Below, in pieces: positions 39,622-54,254 of a stretch of DNA of 64,000 nucleotides (its first letter is position 1; every line of letters begins with the position of its first letter). Both the position numbers and the translations under genes were made by a program. The stretch is from positions 11,594,001 through 11,658,000 of the forward strand of contig NC_042997.1 in assembly GCF_006345805.1 (NCBI RefSeq), given 5' to 3'. The notes under the pieces were generated by a model. That model ran no database searches and was not told the DNA's origin. It saw only the letters and a list, made by a program, of their open reading frames with translations. This DNA comes from Octopus sinensis (Eukaryota).

Positions 39622-40060
39622 TTGGATTTGAACAGGAGTGCAGGCAGGCAGATGAAATTCAGCGATATAAGTTGGGCAGGCATATTTCTTCTAACGAGGC
39701 AATGTGACATCCAGGGCTTTGAAATCCACGAGCGGCATCCAACAGTAGTGAATCTATCTGTACATCTTGAAAATGGCCAGCGTGTATATTTCACAGAAGA
39801 CAAAGCTCGAAACGTAGTTCTGAATCCATGAGAAACCACTTTGACAGCTTTTTTCAAATTATGCCAATGTGGTCTGTTTGTCCGAATACTCTTTTACGTT
39901 GAGGTTCCCGTGTACTATATCTGGGCACAAAATAGATGGAACAGACGCAAGCAAAGAGCACATGTTGAGGGCTGGGAAGAAGATACTGTTAATGCAAAGA
40001 AAAAAAAAAACGTTTTAAGGGCTACATACTTTGTACTGTTGTTATTGGATTAGCGAAACA
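39622..40060 (+). pseudogene. Helitron Rep/helicase fragment
   Basis: DEIQRY..GRHISSNEA / GFEIHERHPTVVNLSVHLENGQRVYFT...TTLTAFFKLCQ...EVPVYYIW matches the conserved linker between the Helitron Rep and PIF1 helicase domains. Confidence 0.75.
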
Positions 40061-40161
40061 ATTATGAGAACGTGTCCTGTTTCCATTTTTTCTTTCGTTG
40101 TCTATGTACTTCATATTGTCTGCATCGTTGGTGACGTCCTGTACCAGTATATGCATATGTT

Positions 40162-40211
<50 letters not shown>

Positions 40212-40289
40212 ATAAATTATTTTATGTATTGGCTTAAGTCTTTCTTTGTTTGATTTGCATAATAGTGGTTTTGTCTCTAATATAATATA

Positions 40290-40341
<52 letters not shown>

Positions 40342-40945
40342 CAACACACACACATTCATACTCATAGACATGCATACACCCAAACAAGCGTACAAAGGCA
40401 TAAATGATGCGAATAAAGATTATAGAAAGAGCGTCAGCAAAAATAAAGAACAGTATATAAAATATAAATATTCTATAATTTCGAATGTTATTAAATGATA
40501 TTAAACATCGATTATACGAAATCGATTCGTAATGTATGAAACGAGCACTTTCTGAAGATGGCTTCCAAGACATAGATGTGACACAGCTTTAGTTTTACTT
40601 AGATAAACTGTATGTAGCTAATAGATGGAATACAAATTTTTATTTATAGCCTCAGGGCAGCCAGACAGGAAGTTGCAATATGTTTTTTTTACTAATACGT
40701 TAAAAGGAAGCCGTACGAGTGTGTCTGTACAACACTTCCATACATACAATGTCTGAAGCACACATTCATACATACAATAATATACTCAACATACAAACTT
40801 ACACACACACACGTACATCTATACAGACAGAGGCATGCAAATTTGCAACCACATTTATATTATAAATATTAATCGGTTATCATATGTGAAAATTCAATTC
40901 AATAATGCATACATACAAACATACATACATATTTACATATGTGTG

Positions 40946-42200
<1,255 letters not shown>

Positions 42201-42511
42201 TTACGCTAAGTTACGGGAAGTAAACACATCAACACTTGTTGTCAAGTGGTGATGCGTGGACACACACGCACACACAAAGATACATATATCAGGGTAAGGC
42301 AAAATTTTAGAAATGTTTTACTACCAGTGGCCTAGCATGCAGAAAATTAGTCAATAGACTATATATTATTCATATAAATACAGTGTATATTTAAACACAT
42401 AAGAAATAACCATCACAGGACACTAACACGCTAGAAAGAATAGCCAAATCCAAACCACTATTAAGGATAAATTTCGAAGAGAATGAAAATAAAAACATTT
42501 ACAATCTATCT

Positions 42512-42581
42512 CCTGGACCATGGTTTCGAACTCTAAATTAGCAAATAAAGCAATTTGCTAGGCGAAGCTTTCTTCAGCAGG
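42512..42581 (-). ncRNA. Type I hammerhead ribozyme (left arm)
   Basis: Minus strand reads CCUG CUGAAGA AAGCUU..GAGUUC GAA ACCAUGGU C^ CAGG: palindromic stem III, GUC site, A10.1-C11.1 mismatch. Confidence 0.65.
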
Positions 42582-42926
42582 CACGCCAAGATTAACATAT
42601 AAATACGAGGCAATACAGTATATGCCTCGTGCTTATATATTATAACTTGTCCAAATCCACCGCGCAAGCGCAGCTTTTTGTCGTCAGCAAATAAAAATAA
42701 TGCTGGCATGTTTTCGAAAACTTGCCAAAACTTATCAATTATTAATAAATATTAGGGTATGAAAAAATTTAATTACGGATAATTTTTGGCAAATTTTTGA
42801 AGAAATGCCGGCATTATTTTCATTTGCTGCCGACAAACTGCGCTTGCGCGGTGGATTTGAAAAGTTATTACATATAAGCACGAGGCATATACTGTATTGC
42901 GTCGTATTTATGTTTATCTTGGCGTC

Positions 42927-42996
42927 CCTGCTGAAGAGAGCTCCTTCTTGCAAATTACTTTATTTACTAATTTAGAGTTCGAAATCATGGTTCACG
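42927..42996 (+). ncRNA. Hammerhead motif (right arm, partly decayed)
   Basis: cctg CTGAAGA gagctc..gagttc GAA atcatggt t cacg. Confidence 0.5.
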
Positions 42997-43208
42997 AGAT
43001 AGATAGTAAATGCTTTTATTTTCATTCCCCTCGAAATTTCTCCCTAATAGTGGTTTGGATTTTGGCTACTCCTTCAAGCGTGCTAGGTGTCATATGATGG
43101 TCATCTCTTATGTGTTTAAATGTACACTGTATATATATATATATATATATCGTACATTTTTACATCTATATATAATTACACACACACCACAAATATTCTC
43201 TTTCTCTC

Positions 43209-43611
43209 TCTTTTACTCTTTTACTTGTTTCAGTCATTTGACTGCGGCCATGCTGGAGCACCGCCTTTTTAGTCGAGCAAATCGACCCCGGGACTTATTC
43301 TTTGTAAGCCCAGTACTTATTCTATCGGTCTCTTTTGCCGAACGCTAAGTGACGGGGACGTAAACACACCAGCATCGGTTGTCAAGCAATGCTACGGGGA
43401 CAACACACCACACACACATACACATATATACATATATATACATATATACGACAGGCTTCTTTCAGTTTCCGTCTACCAAATCCACTTACAAGGCATTGGT
43501 CGGCCCGCGGGCTATAGCAGAAGACACTTGCCCAAGATGCCACGCAGTGGGACTGAACCCGGAACCATGTGGTTGGTTAGCAAGCTACTTACCCACAGCC
43601 ACTCCTACGCC
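43209..43611 (-). mobile_element. SINE family 1, full length, young
   Basis: Reverse complement of the 33752-type copy. Confidence 0.9.
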
Positions 43612-43631
43612 TTTATATATATATATATATA

Positions 43632-44173
43632 TAAAGACGAAGTGAATAAGGGAGATAGAAGAAAGAGATAGTAAGATTAACAGAGAGTTCGATATATATA
43701 TATATATATATATAATATATATATAATATATATATGTGTGTGGAGGGAGAGAGAGTGAGAAAGAAATACCGTATTTCAAATACCATACCACCAAATGTTT
43801 TGATTTATTAAGATAACCTCCGTTATATATATATGTGTATATATATACGATTATATGTGTATATATATATATACGATTATATATGTAATATTTATACAAT
43901 ACTTGAATCTTGAGATTCTCTCCTCTTGTCAAGGAGATCTAGTTTTAATTGCCATTTAGTAATTATGATGCATCCTCTAAAGACGGAGGTTATCTTAATA
44001 AATCCAAAATTTTGGTGGTATGGTATTTGAAATACGGTATTTCTTTCTCACTCTCTCTCCCTCCATACACACACATATATATATAAATATATATATATGT
44101 ATATATATATCGAACTCTTTGTTAATCTTACTATCTGTCTTTCTCTCGACCCCCCTTATTCACTTCGTCTTTA
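43632..44173. mobile_element. Inverted pair of a ~195-bp MITE-like element
   Basis: 43632-43823 is the reverse complement of 43978-44173. The right copy is itself bounded by TAAAGACG...CGTCTTTA. Confidence 0.7.
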
Positions 44174-44245
44174 TAGCCTATGTGTATAATATACATATAT
44201 ACATACTACACACACACACACACAGCCACACACACATATATATAT

Positions 44246-44296
<51 letters not shown>

Positions 44297-44699
44297 CATG
44301 TGTATATATGTGTGTATGCATGCACACTCACACACACACACATATATATCCATACATGGAATCAAATATTATGCACAATATATACACATGTGCACATTTA
44401 TACGCATTCAATATGCTGCCAGACTTTTTCGTAAAAAAACCTTAGTGCAAAATGAAAAACTATGAATACTGTCGTAGAATTCTCTTATGTTTGATTGTTG
44501 TACAGGGTTATGATTTAGTAACCAAAAATAAAGAAAAAAAAAACTAGAAGAAACTTCGGTTTTTGAAGTATACTGTAGTTATTTCAATTGTTGTTAGACA
44601 CATCTAGGAAATAGTCTCTTTGATGTGTTTAGAATTGTTTTCTATGATGGTCTTTAAGTAAATAATAATTGAACGAAAATAAAATCATGACTGTGGTAA

Positions 44700-45090
44700 T
44701 AATATATAAAAACAGAAAAAATGAAGCGTTTCATCTTTGTTTCTTTTTTTTCTTCTTCTTATACCTGAAGTAGAATGAGAAGGGAGGAAGAAACGAAGGA
44801 AATGTAAAAAGAAGAAGCAGAGGAAGAAAGAGGTGGAGAAGATATCGAAAGCAACATAAAATAGAAGAAAAGCGAACAAGAAGTGAAGAAAGACAGCAGA
44901 AAGAGAAAATGAAGCAAAAGAAGGAGGAGGACAAGAAGAAAAAGAAGGAAAGAAGACAGTGAGAGGGGGAGAAGAGCGTGAGAGAGATGTAGAGAAGTGA
45001 ATAGAAGGTGAAATCAGAAGAACAATGAGAAAAGAAGAGAGAATGAAAACGCGAAGACGAAAACGAAATAGAAATAGTAGAAAATGAAGG
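44700..45090. repeat. Purine-rich (GA/GAA) low-complexity tract
   Basis: Almost exclusively A/G on the plus strand. Confidence 0.8.
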
Positions 45091-45531
45091 GCAAAACAAG
45101 TGGATTTTGACTCAATATAAATATAATTCCTACCCACTTAAAGAAAGTAGGAAAGCACAGTATGATAAAAAAATTAGCTACTTTGTAAGAGATACATGCA
45201 TTTTACATATATACATGCATCCATACCATATATCCAAATATATATATATTATATATATAATATATATATATATATATAATATATATATACACATACATAT
45301 TCTTACATACACAGACACATAAGTGATAAATACTAATGGCATACAAAATTAACAGTTCCAATTCTCTGTAGCTATTAAATTTAATGTATCTACTTCTCTG
45401 GCAATGGTCAAGTTCTGTAGATGGCTTTCATAAAATCAAGAGTCGAAAATCGAATAAGGTTGCGAACGAAGTGAAGGCGACGTACTTGTATGTCTACTAC
45501 ATGAATTTACACACACACACGCGCGTGATAC

Positions 45532-45533
<2 letters not shown>

Positions 45534-45629
<96 letters not shown>
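45534..45629. repeat. (TCTA)n microsatellite
   Basis: Perfect run. Confidence 0.95.
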
Positions 45630-46875
45630 TCTGGGTCATCCCATAAATAATACACTTTTTGAAATTGCATGAACTAAAAGTTGGGGGTGCGGGTGGGGGG
45701 ATAAACTAACTGCATTAACTTGCTATAAAAACAGGTGGTAATTTTATCTTGTCCTTTTTCTTAGTGCATGTTTTGAAGAATGCACTTCGGTTTTAACAGT
45801 TATAATGGCAGTGACAAAGGAGCATATTCGACGTATTTTGCTTTATGAGTTCAATAAAGGCAACAACGCAACGGAAAGTGTGAGGAATATTAATGAAATA
45901 TATGGGGATCGGACAATAAGCATAAGCCAGTGTCAACGGTGGTTCCAGAAATCCGAGCTGGAAGCTACAACCTAGAAGAGGAGCTTTATCCTGGAAGACC
46001 TGTAGCGCTCGGCGAAGACGTCCTGCAAAACCTGTTGGAACAAAGCCCCATCGTAACTGTTGAGGAACTAACAGAGAAGTTTGGTTTTGGTTATTCAACC
46101 ATTCATCGACACCTGCGTGTCGTCAGAAATGTCAGTAAATTGGGTCATTGGGTTCCTCACAAACTTTCCCAGTCTAATTGCAAACAGAGAGTGAGTGTAT
46201 CATTCTTTACTGTCACGTCTCACGAATGAACCTTTTTTGGACCGAATAGTTATTGGTAACGAGAAATGGGTTCTCTATAAAAATTTCAAGCGCCGAAGAG
46301 AGTGAGTAGGGAAAGGAGAAATACTAGCACCCCAGGCTAAAGAAGGTCTTCACCCACGCGAAGTGTTGTTATCTGTTTGGTGGAATATGAATGGTTTAGT
46401 CCACTTTCAACTTTTAAAGCCAAACCAACTGATAACGAAGGAGATCTACTGCGAGTAGCTTGAGCGGCTTAAGTCAATGCTAAAAGAAAAACGACCATCT
46501 TTGGTTTCAAGACGAAAGGTGCTGTTCCATCAAGATAACATTCCAAATGCTGAAGCAGTTTTAATAGGAAACGATGCCCCACGCACCATATTCGCCGAAC
46601 ATTGCCCCATCTAATCATCGTTTATTTCGCAGTCTTGAAAATGATTTGGGCGGAAAAAACATGAATTCTGTAGACGAGGTCAGAACAGTACTGGAGGAGT
46701 ATTTTTCGTTACGGTCAAGTGAATTTTGGACGAGGAGCTTTGAAGTCTGCCAGATGGATGGGTGGAAGAGCATTATAGAAAATGAAAGGGGAGTATATTT
46801 TAGATTAAAAAAGAACTTTATCTTTGTTTTGAAAAATAAAGTAAAAAAAAACCGCATTATTCATGGATGACCCCA
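45630..46875 (+). mobile_element. Full-length mariner transposon with inactivated transposase
   Basis: Both TIRs present (gggtcatcccataaataat / attattcatggatgacccc). MAVTKEHIRRILLYEF..., KLGHWVPHKL, FHQDN and YSPNIAPSNH motifs, with multiple stops and frameshifts. Same family as 38355-39361. Confidence 0.92.
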
Positions 46876-47051
46876 TATATATATATATATATTATATATA
46901 TATATATATGAATATGTGTGTGCGTGTATATATGATTATTATGTATATATATATATATATATGTATATGTATATAGATATATATCTATATATATATATAT
47001 ATAAAGTAATCCAAACAAGAAAGCACCAAAAAACCACAACACCGCGAGGTC

Positions 47052-47144
<93 letters not shown>

Positions 47145-48714
47145 ATTTATGCGGATAAACAAATTATATATTTTAAATATAAAATTTTTGTGTATAAATA
47201 CAAAATATAGATTTATGTATACATGCAAAACGACAGAAAGTGGAGACTTTCATATGATGAATTTTAAGTATAAATACATAGATATTCATATTTAGAGGTA
47301 CAACTTACACAGAGTACAAACGATAGAGAAAATGAAAGGGGAGGAAGACAGGTATTATAAGTCCAACAGCTGCTTCTGTGAGCTTGGAGATCCATCATAT
47401 TCTTGGCAGATGTATGCAGTTCATCACAATATCCGGTCGTAATGGAAGCAATCGAGCCTCCATCATCAAGGTAGAAAATATCTTATATCTCATATCATAA
47501 TGCAGAGAAGTTCCCACTTTTTGTTTTCTCTCGTCTTACATGTATGCAGATATACAGACTTTGTATTTCATCCCCAAACTGTTATATTTAATATATCTAA
47601 TTTGTTTATCCGCATATTTACCTCCATATCTGCTCAATTTGATCTCTCTTATAGCCATTCTTAACCCCGTGGAATTGAAGGAAATTGATGCAATACGTAT
47701 AACAACCACAATATCACGAGTTCGATCCATCCTCCTGCTTGACATCTTCGGCAAGTGCCTTTCACCATATTCAGCTTAACTCAAGCCATGTGAGTCAAAC
47801 AGGGTTGAGAGAAACTGTATGGAAGCCTGAAAGATGGATTGTATAGGCCTTCCTTGTCGCACATTCGCGTGATGCATTAATTCTGCCAGAGCATGTTAAG
47901 GGTATACGTATCAGAAAAATACTCTGCCATATACATGCGAACTCAATAAATAGACAATTCAGTCGATGGAGCAACTCAATGGTCATCGTCGACAGCGACG
48001 GAGTTCCATTACTTTTCTTTTTTTCCTACGGGATGTTACAATGTTCATTCTGTTAATAAAGACCATCACAATAATAACTGAAGCAGCTTGGTTTCTGATC
48101 AGGTTTTGAAACCAGTTTACAAGATCACCCTATAATCGCTTCGTGTTCTTTCACTTGAAATGCTTGCTTTAACATTCTTAGCAGTCACCGGCAAACAAAC
48201 AAACAAACAAATAAACAAACAAACAAATAAAGAAACAAATAAATAAATAAGCTATCATGATGGTGATGATGATAATAGAGAAACAACACACGTTTGTATT
48301 CTTTAAAATACAGAGAAGGGAAATTGTAGTAAATGCTTTTATTGGATAATTTACGAAACTATCCGCAATTTTCCTTGGAAATCTGACGTCATGACCGTCT
48401 TGTTATTTCATTCAGATAATTGATAACAGTTTTCCCTTTGTGATATCTAAACACGAATTCACTAGTGTGTATATGACCTCCGAGACTTGCTTACCTCCCG
48501 CATTGTACGTTCGATATTATTCACTGTTAGCCGCCGGCAGCTACAAACTGGCCGCTGGGGTTCGTCCTTTTATCGCGTCCTTGGAAGTCGCAGCTTCAAA
48601 CAGTTATGGCCTTGTATCCCGCAACTCTTCTAACGAATCATTTCTCCTCGGCTTGCGTGCAAAGCCCTCAGGATATACTGACGTTATTGTGGCTATCGTT
48701 GTTGCAGTTGTTTG

Positions 48715-48735
48715 TTGTTGTTGCTGTTGTTAATA

Positions 48736-48773
<38 letters not shown>

Positions 48774-49163
48774 TATTATTATTATTATTAGTGGTAGTAG
48801 TAGTAGTAATAGTAGTAGTAGCAGTAGCAGTATAGTAGACGTACAGGTAATGTTTCTCATTATGAGGATGATGATGTGAGTGGTTGGGATGGCGATGGGG
48901 AAGGTGGAGTTGGCGATGCTAATGTTGGCAACACTACAGCAGCCATTGTTTTTGGTGGTGTGTTGATGGATATCGCTACTGCCGACAACATATTGGTAAA
49001 AGTGGTGGTGGCGGTGGTGGTGGTGGTAGTAGTGTTAGTGGTAGTTGTAATAGCAGTAGCAGTATATGTAGTAGTTTTAATAGTTATTGCTTATGTTATT
49101 TTTGTTATTGTTAATATTATTTTTGCCACTAGCTTTTGTAATCGCCGCCATATTAATTGATGT

Positions 49164-49200
<37 letters not shown>

Positions 49201-49500
49201 CAACAACAGCAGAAGCAGCGACAGTGGCAGCAGTAGCAGTAATAGTGATGGTGCTGGTGGTGGTGGCAGCGGCAGACATGATGGTGTTAGTGGTTTTGTA
49301 GAGGTGGTGGTAGTTAATGTTTTTCTTGTCGATTGTCGACGCCATCTTTGTCGTCGTTGCAGAAGCACTAGAAGCAGCAGCTAATATCTTCTCGTCGACA
49401 CCGACACTATCTTTGCCATACTAGCGGTAGTACGATAGTGGTGGTAATAGCAGTAGCAGCAGTAGTAGGAGTAGTAGTAGTAGTTGTTGTTGTCGTAATG
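48715..49500. repeat. Compound trinucleotide field (GTT, ATT, GTA, GTG, CAT, CAG)
   Basis: Successive triplet runs. Confidence 0.85.
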
Positions 49501-49727
49501 ACTAAATAGAACAGAACATTAATTAATAACAACAAATGCGAGAACAGCGAAGAAACAAAGTTCATGCCACAATAGTTAACTTCATTGTTATGTGTGTGTG
49601 TGCGTGCGCGCGTGTGTGCGTGCGCGCGTGTGCGTGCATTTGTGTACGTGTATGTAAGGATATGTATGCCTTTACATATCTCCGAACACACACACACACA
49701 CACATACATAATATATATATATATATA

Positions 49728-49894
49728 CTCTTTTACTCTTTTAGTTGTTTCATGCTGGAGCACCGCCGTTAGTCGAGCAAATCAACCGCAGGACTTATTC
49801 TTTGTAAGCCTAGTACTTATTCTATCGTACACTTTTGCCGAACCGCTAAGTTACGGGGACATCAAAACACCACCATCGGTTGTTAAGCGATGTT

Positions 49895-49939
<45 letters not shown>

Positions 49940-50134
49940 CATATACACACACTTACATATATATAATATATATATATTCAACGGGCTTCTTTCAGTTTCC
50001 GTCTACCAAGTCTACCAAGGCTTTGGTCGGCAAGAGGCTATACTAGAAGACACTTGCTCAAGGTGCCACGTAGTAGGACTGAACCAGGAACCATGTGATT
50101 GGTAAGCAAGCTACTTGCCACACAGCCACTCCTG
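49728..50134 (-). mobile_element. SINE family 1
   Basis: Reverse-complement tail through head (cttgccacacagccactcctg). Confidence 0.85.
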
Positions 50135-50215
50135 ATATGTATATATATGTATATGGGTGTGTGTGTGTGTATATGTATGTATATATATATATATATGTAT
50201 ATATGTATAATTATA

Positions 50216-50278
<63 letters not shown>

Positions 50279-50309
50279 ATACACATATATATATATATTA
50301 TTATATATA

Positions 50310-50655
50310 GGCGCAGAAGTGACTGTGTGGTAAGGTGCTTGTTAACCAGCCACATGGATCCGGGCTCTGTCCCATTGCGTGGCCCCTTGTGCAAGTGACT
50401 TCTACTATAGCTTCGGGCCGACCGACCGATGCCTTGTGAGTGGATTTGGTAGACGGAAACTGGAAGAAGCCCGTCGTATTTATATATGTATATGTATATG
50501 TTTGTGTGTCTGTGTTTGTCCCTCGCGGTCGATTGGCAACCGATGTTGGTTTGTTTACGTCCCCGTAAGTTAGCTGTTCGGCAAAAGAGTACCGATAGAA
50601 CAAGTCCTAGGCTTACAAAGGATATGTTCTGGGGTCGATTTTCCCGACTAAAATA
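50310..50655 (+). mobile_element. SINE family 1, 3'-truncated
   Basis: ggcgcagaagtgactgtgtggtaagg head through ggggtcgattttcccgactaaaa. Confidence 0.85.
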
Positions 50656-50795
50656 GAAGAATATATATATATATATATATACATGCATACTTATATATAT
50701 TAGAAAAAATGAGGTACTCAGAAATTCGGATGGTTTCTGTGTACCTCATTTCTTCTAATATAAAATACCTGAACATCATCTCCAAACCTTCTAAT

Positions 50796-50826
<31 letters not shown>

Positions 50827-51143
50827 GAGTTGCGGCCAAAATGTTCAGAACGACGCATTGTTTTCGCCAGAAAAGTAGGTATAGAGTTTTTATCAAGTTG
50901 TTTTTATATTCTCTATTTTCACAGACAATAAATACAATATTGATCGTTATTGTCTGAGATTTTGGTGTAATCATCCATAACTTTTTGTATTATTCTCTCA
51001 AATTACACTAAAATCTCAGACAATAACAATTAATATCGTATTTATTGTCTGTGAAAATTAGAATATAAAACAACTTTGATAAAAACTTATACCTACTTTT
51101 CTGGCGAAACAATGCCGTGTTCTGAACATTTTGGCCGCAACTG
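50827..51143. mobile_element. Tc1-like MITE (foldback)
   Basis: TA-(G/C)AGTTGCGGCCAAAA termini resemble Tc1 TIRs. Arms of ~140 bp with TA flanks. Confidence 0.85.
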
Positions 51144-51202
<59 letters not shown>

Positions 51203-51373
51203 GCTGCGTGTCAGTGTGCATGTATATTCCCGCGTCTATGCGTCTATGTCTGTTCATACTCTGTGTGGGATGTTTCGGTATGCGCAGGTATGTTGGAGTT
51301 TATGTCCGTCAGTGGATTTGCATGTTAACGTATACCCCCAATGCGAGTGTGTGTGTTAGTTCCGAGACCGCGA

Positions 51374-51405
<32 letters not shown>

Positions 51406-51589
51406 TTGTGTTGTGTTTGTGTCTGTGTGTGTGTTTGTGCGCATGAAACTGTTCGATTGTTTGTGTCTCTCTGCGTTATTATTTTCCCGAGTGCGTGTGT
51501 GTGTTCGTCCTTGTCTGTGTCTCACACAAGGCGTCCGTGAGTGTCTTTGTGTTTGTGTGTGTGTGTTGGTTTCTGTTTGGTTTTCGCAG

Positions 51590-52230
51590 ATACACACACA
51601 CACACACGTATATATACATACATATACATATATATGTGTATATACATACATACATGAACATATATCTTTGTCTAAATACACGCATATACACATGCATTCA
51701 TACATCTATCTATATGTGTGTATGTGTATATATATATGCACGCATATATGTATATAACATGTACATATACATATATGTTTTTGCATACATACACGCATAC
51801 ACTCATACACATTCATATATAAGCATATATCTGTCTAAATACACGCATATACACATTCATTCATACATCTATCTATATATATATATATGATATATATATA
51901 TATATATATATACACAAACATATATATAACATGTACATATACGTATATATATTTCTGTATAGACACACATGCATACACACATACACATACATACATACAT
52001 ACACACACATACATACATACGTACACACGCATACATACATCCATACATACATGCATAATACATACACACATACATACATACACACGTATACATACATACA
52101 CACGCATACATACACACGCATACATACATATATACGCATACGTACATACATACATACATACATACATACATACATACATACATACATACATACATACATA
52201 CATGCATACATACATACATGCATACATGCG
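51590..52230. repeat. Compound (AC)/(AT)/(ACAT)n field
   Basis: Low-complexity run. Confidence 0.85.
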
Positions 52231-52532
52231 TCTATTCTCGACCAGATCAAATTCCTGTTGAGTTCTTCCCTGTAGCCTGCAGTCACGTTACTCCTGGTGT
52301 GGTATTAGTAATGATACACAGCAGAGTAAGTATAATAGATATGTGAATGAACGTATTTTTGTAAAACGTTGTTTTCCTTTGTGTCTAATACGTAAGTCCT
52401 TTAGCTGTAGCCACACGAAGGTAGCTTAGGTGGTGGGGTTTGTATGTGAGTATGTGTATATTTGTTTGTATATAGGCATGTATCCATGTATGTTTGTGTC
52501 TATATCTGTACGTCTATCTATCTGTCTGTCGA

Positions 52533-52630
<98 letters not shown>

Positions 52631-52664
52631 CTGTTGTATAATATATATATATATATATATATAG

Positions 52665-52710
<46 letters not shown>

Positions 52711-52754
52711 TCCGCTGATAGGTACAGTTCCTTCTTTTTAGTGTTTCCAATCCA

Positions 52755-53108
52755 AATTAAGAAATTTTGAGCTGACGAAAGAAATGCTGATTTTATTTGG
52801 CTAATCTTGAAACGTTGACGTACTCAAACGATCTATGTACTTGTTATATTTTTTCTGTATTTACCTCCAAACCTCCGTGGGCTGTCTGGAGTAACATTAT
52901 CTGAGAGAAATTTTCTTTTAAGTAGTAGAAATGCTAAGAAAATTTTTTTTGGCTGCTATTTCTACTAAGTTCAGTATGTGGCAAAGTAATTTATTTTACT
53001 AAGCCCTAATTATATAATGTAATATTTTGAATTCGCCTTAAATGGTCCTTTTACATACTGAACACTTGGTGAAATTGATTAATTAATTAATTTTACCCTC
53101 AATTGTTG
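52755..53108 (+). mobile_element. Solo diverged copy of the 548-bp HHR repeat family
   Basis: Colinear with the array unit from the HHR to ttttaccctcaattgttga, then (TA)n. Confidence 0.85.
52766..52828 (+). ncRNA. Type I hammerhead ribozyme
   Basis: tttgag CTGACGA aaga..tctt GAA acgt-tg-acgt A^ ctcaaa, with a perfect 6-bp stem I. Confidence 0.75.
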
Positions 53109-53513
53109 ATATATATATATATATATATATATAATTATGTGTGTATATATATATACACATACATACACACACACATACGTATATATGCCTGTGTGCGAGT
53201 GTGTGTGTGTGTTGTGTGTGTGTGGTGTGTGTGTGTGTGTGTGTGTGTATGCGCTTGTGTATACAGACACGGATAAAGTATCTACCGATGTTTGAGTGTT
53301 GTTACCGCGACATAAATGCGGAAACGAAAACAAAGAATAGAGATGAAAAAGAAAAAGAAAAAAGGGATTAATTGAGCACAAGTCACAATGCCACACATAT
53401 TGTGTGAGGTGTAAGGGTTAAGTATGGTACGCAATTATTCGCCCCCCGCCCCCAGAAACATTAACGGAATGTCGATCTAGGTGAGATTTGAACCCAGAGC
53501 GTAAAGGGGCAAA

Positions 53514-53864
53514 ATCTCATTCTCGCCCACAACATCATAAGCGGAAAGTGTAACCTCTCGAAAGAGCTGTTCTTCACTCCTGCTCCAGAGCGTCGGCTGC
53601 GGGGTCATTCCGAAAAGCTCTACCTGCGACGATTTCATGTCAATCGAAGGAGAGGAGCTTTCTCCGTCCGGGTTGCGGATCCGTGGTACAAGCTGCAGAC
53701 GACGAGATGGTGAAGATGCCGACGACCGCTTTGTTCAAAGCCTCCTTGACCTCAAGTGGCCTGAACTCTTTACATGAACACCACCCTGTACTTAACTCCA
53801 TGTCCCCCTACATGGCTTGCTATTTGCTTTTGAGCCAAATTAACTAACTAACTAACTAACTAAC
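53514..53864 (+). mobile_element. CR1-group LINE 3' fragment with (TAAC)n tail
   Basis: Nearly identical to the reverse complement of 55666-56023. Confidence 0.9.
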
Positions 53865-54254
53865 AAGTACTACACATTTTGTCAGTGTGTACAGTCGATA
53901 TATTCGATCATTAAACGTGTCTTATATTTCTTTTGATGACTCCTAGAAGGATGAAAAACAAAATCGGGCGTAGACATAGCTGCGCTGTTAAAAAAAAAAA
54001 TTCGTTTACAACGCGACCGCTCGCGCTGTATGGAGACATATTGTGTGGATAAGTTAATATAAAACTGTTAGGAAGAAAGAAAGAAAGAGAGAAAGACAAG
54101 GATATTCTGAAAAGAGGATTTGAGTAAGACGGAAATAGGATGGCGGGAAAGAGAGAAAAAGAGAGACAAAGAGAGATAGAAAATGTGAGAGTATGTGTAA
54201 GGGTACTTGTATGAACGGTATATAAAAACGTGCAGACATAAATATCCTTTTCTT

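Larger units (their letters stand above)
42381..43129. mobile_element. Foldback element with ~360-bp arms, each carrying a hammerhead motif
   Basis: TA-CAGTGT...ACACTG-TA ends. The arms are reverse complements with scattered substitutions. Confidence 0.85.

Noticed and set aside
47350-47480. Balanced-composition stretch as a candidate exon
   Set aside because: No convincing acceptor/donor pair or recognisable peptide on either strand.
49157-49384. Poly-His/Ser/Gly ORF resembling a transcription-factor low-complexity region
   Set aside because: It is made entirely of trinucleotide repeats inside a larger triplet field, with no flanking domain.
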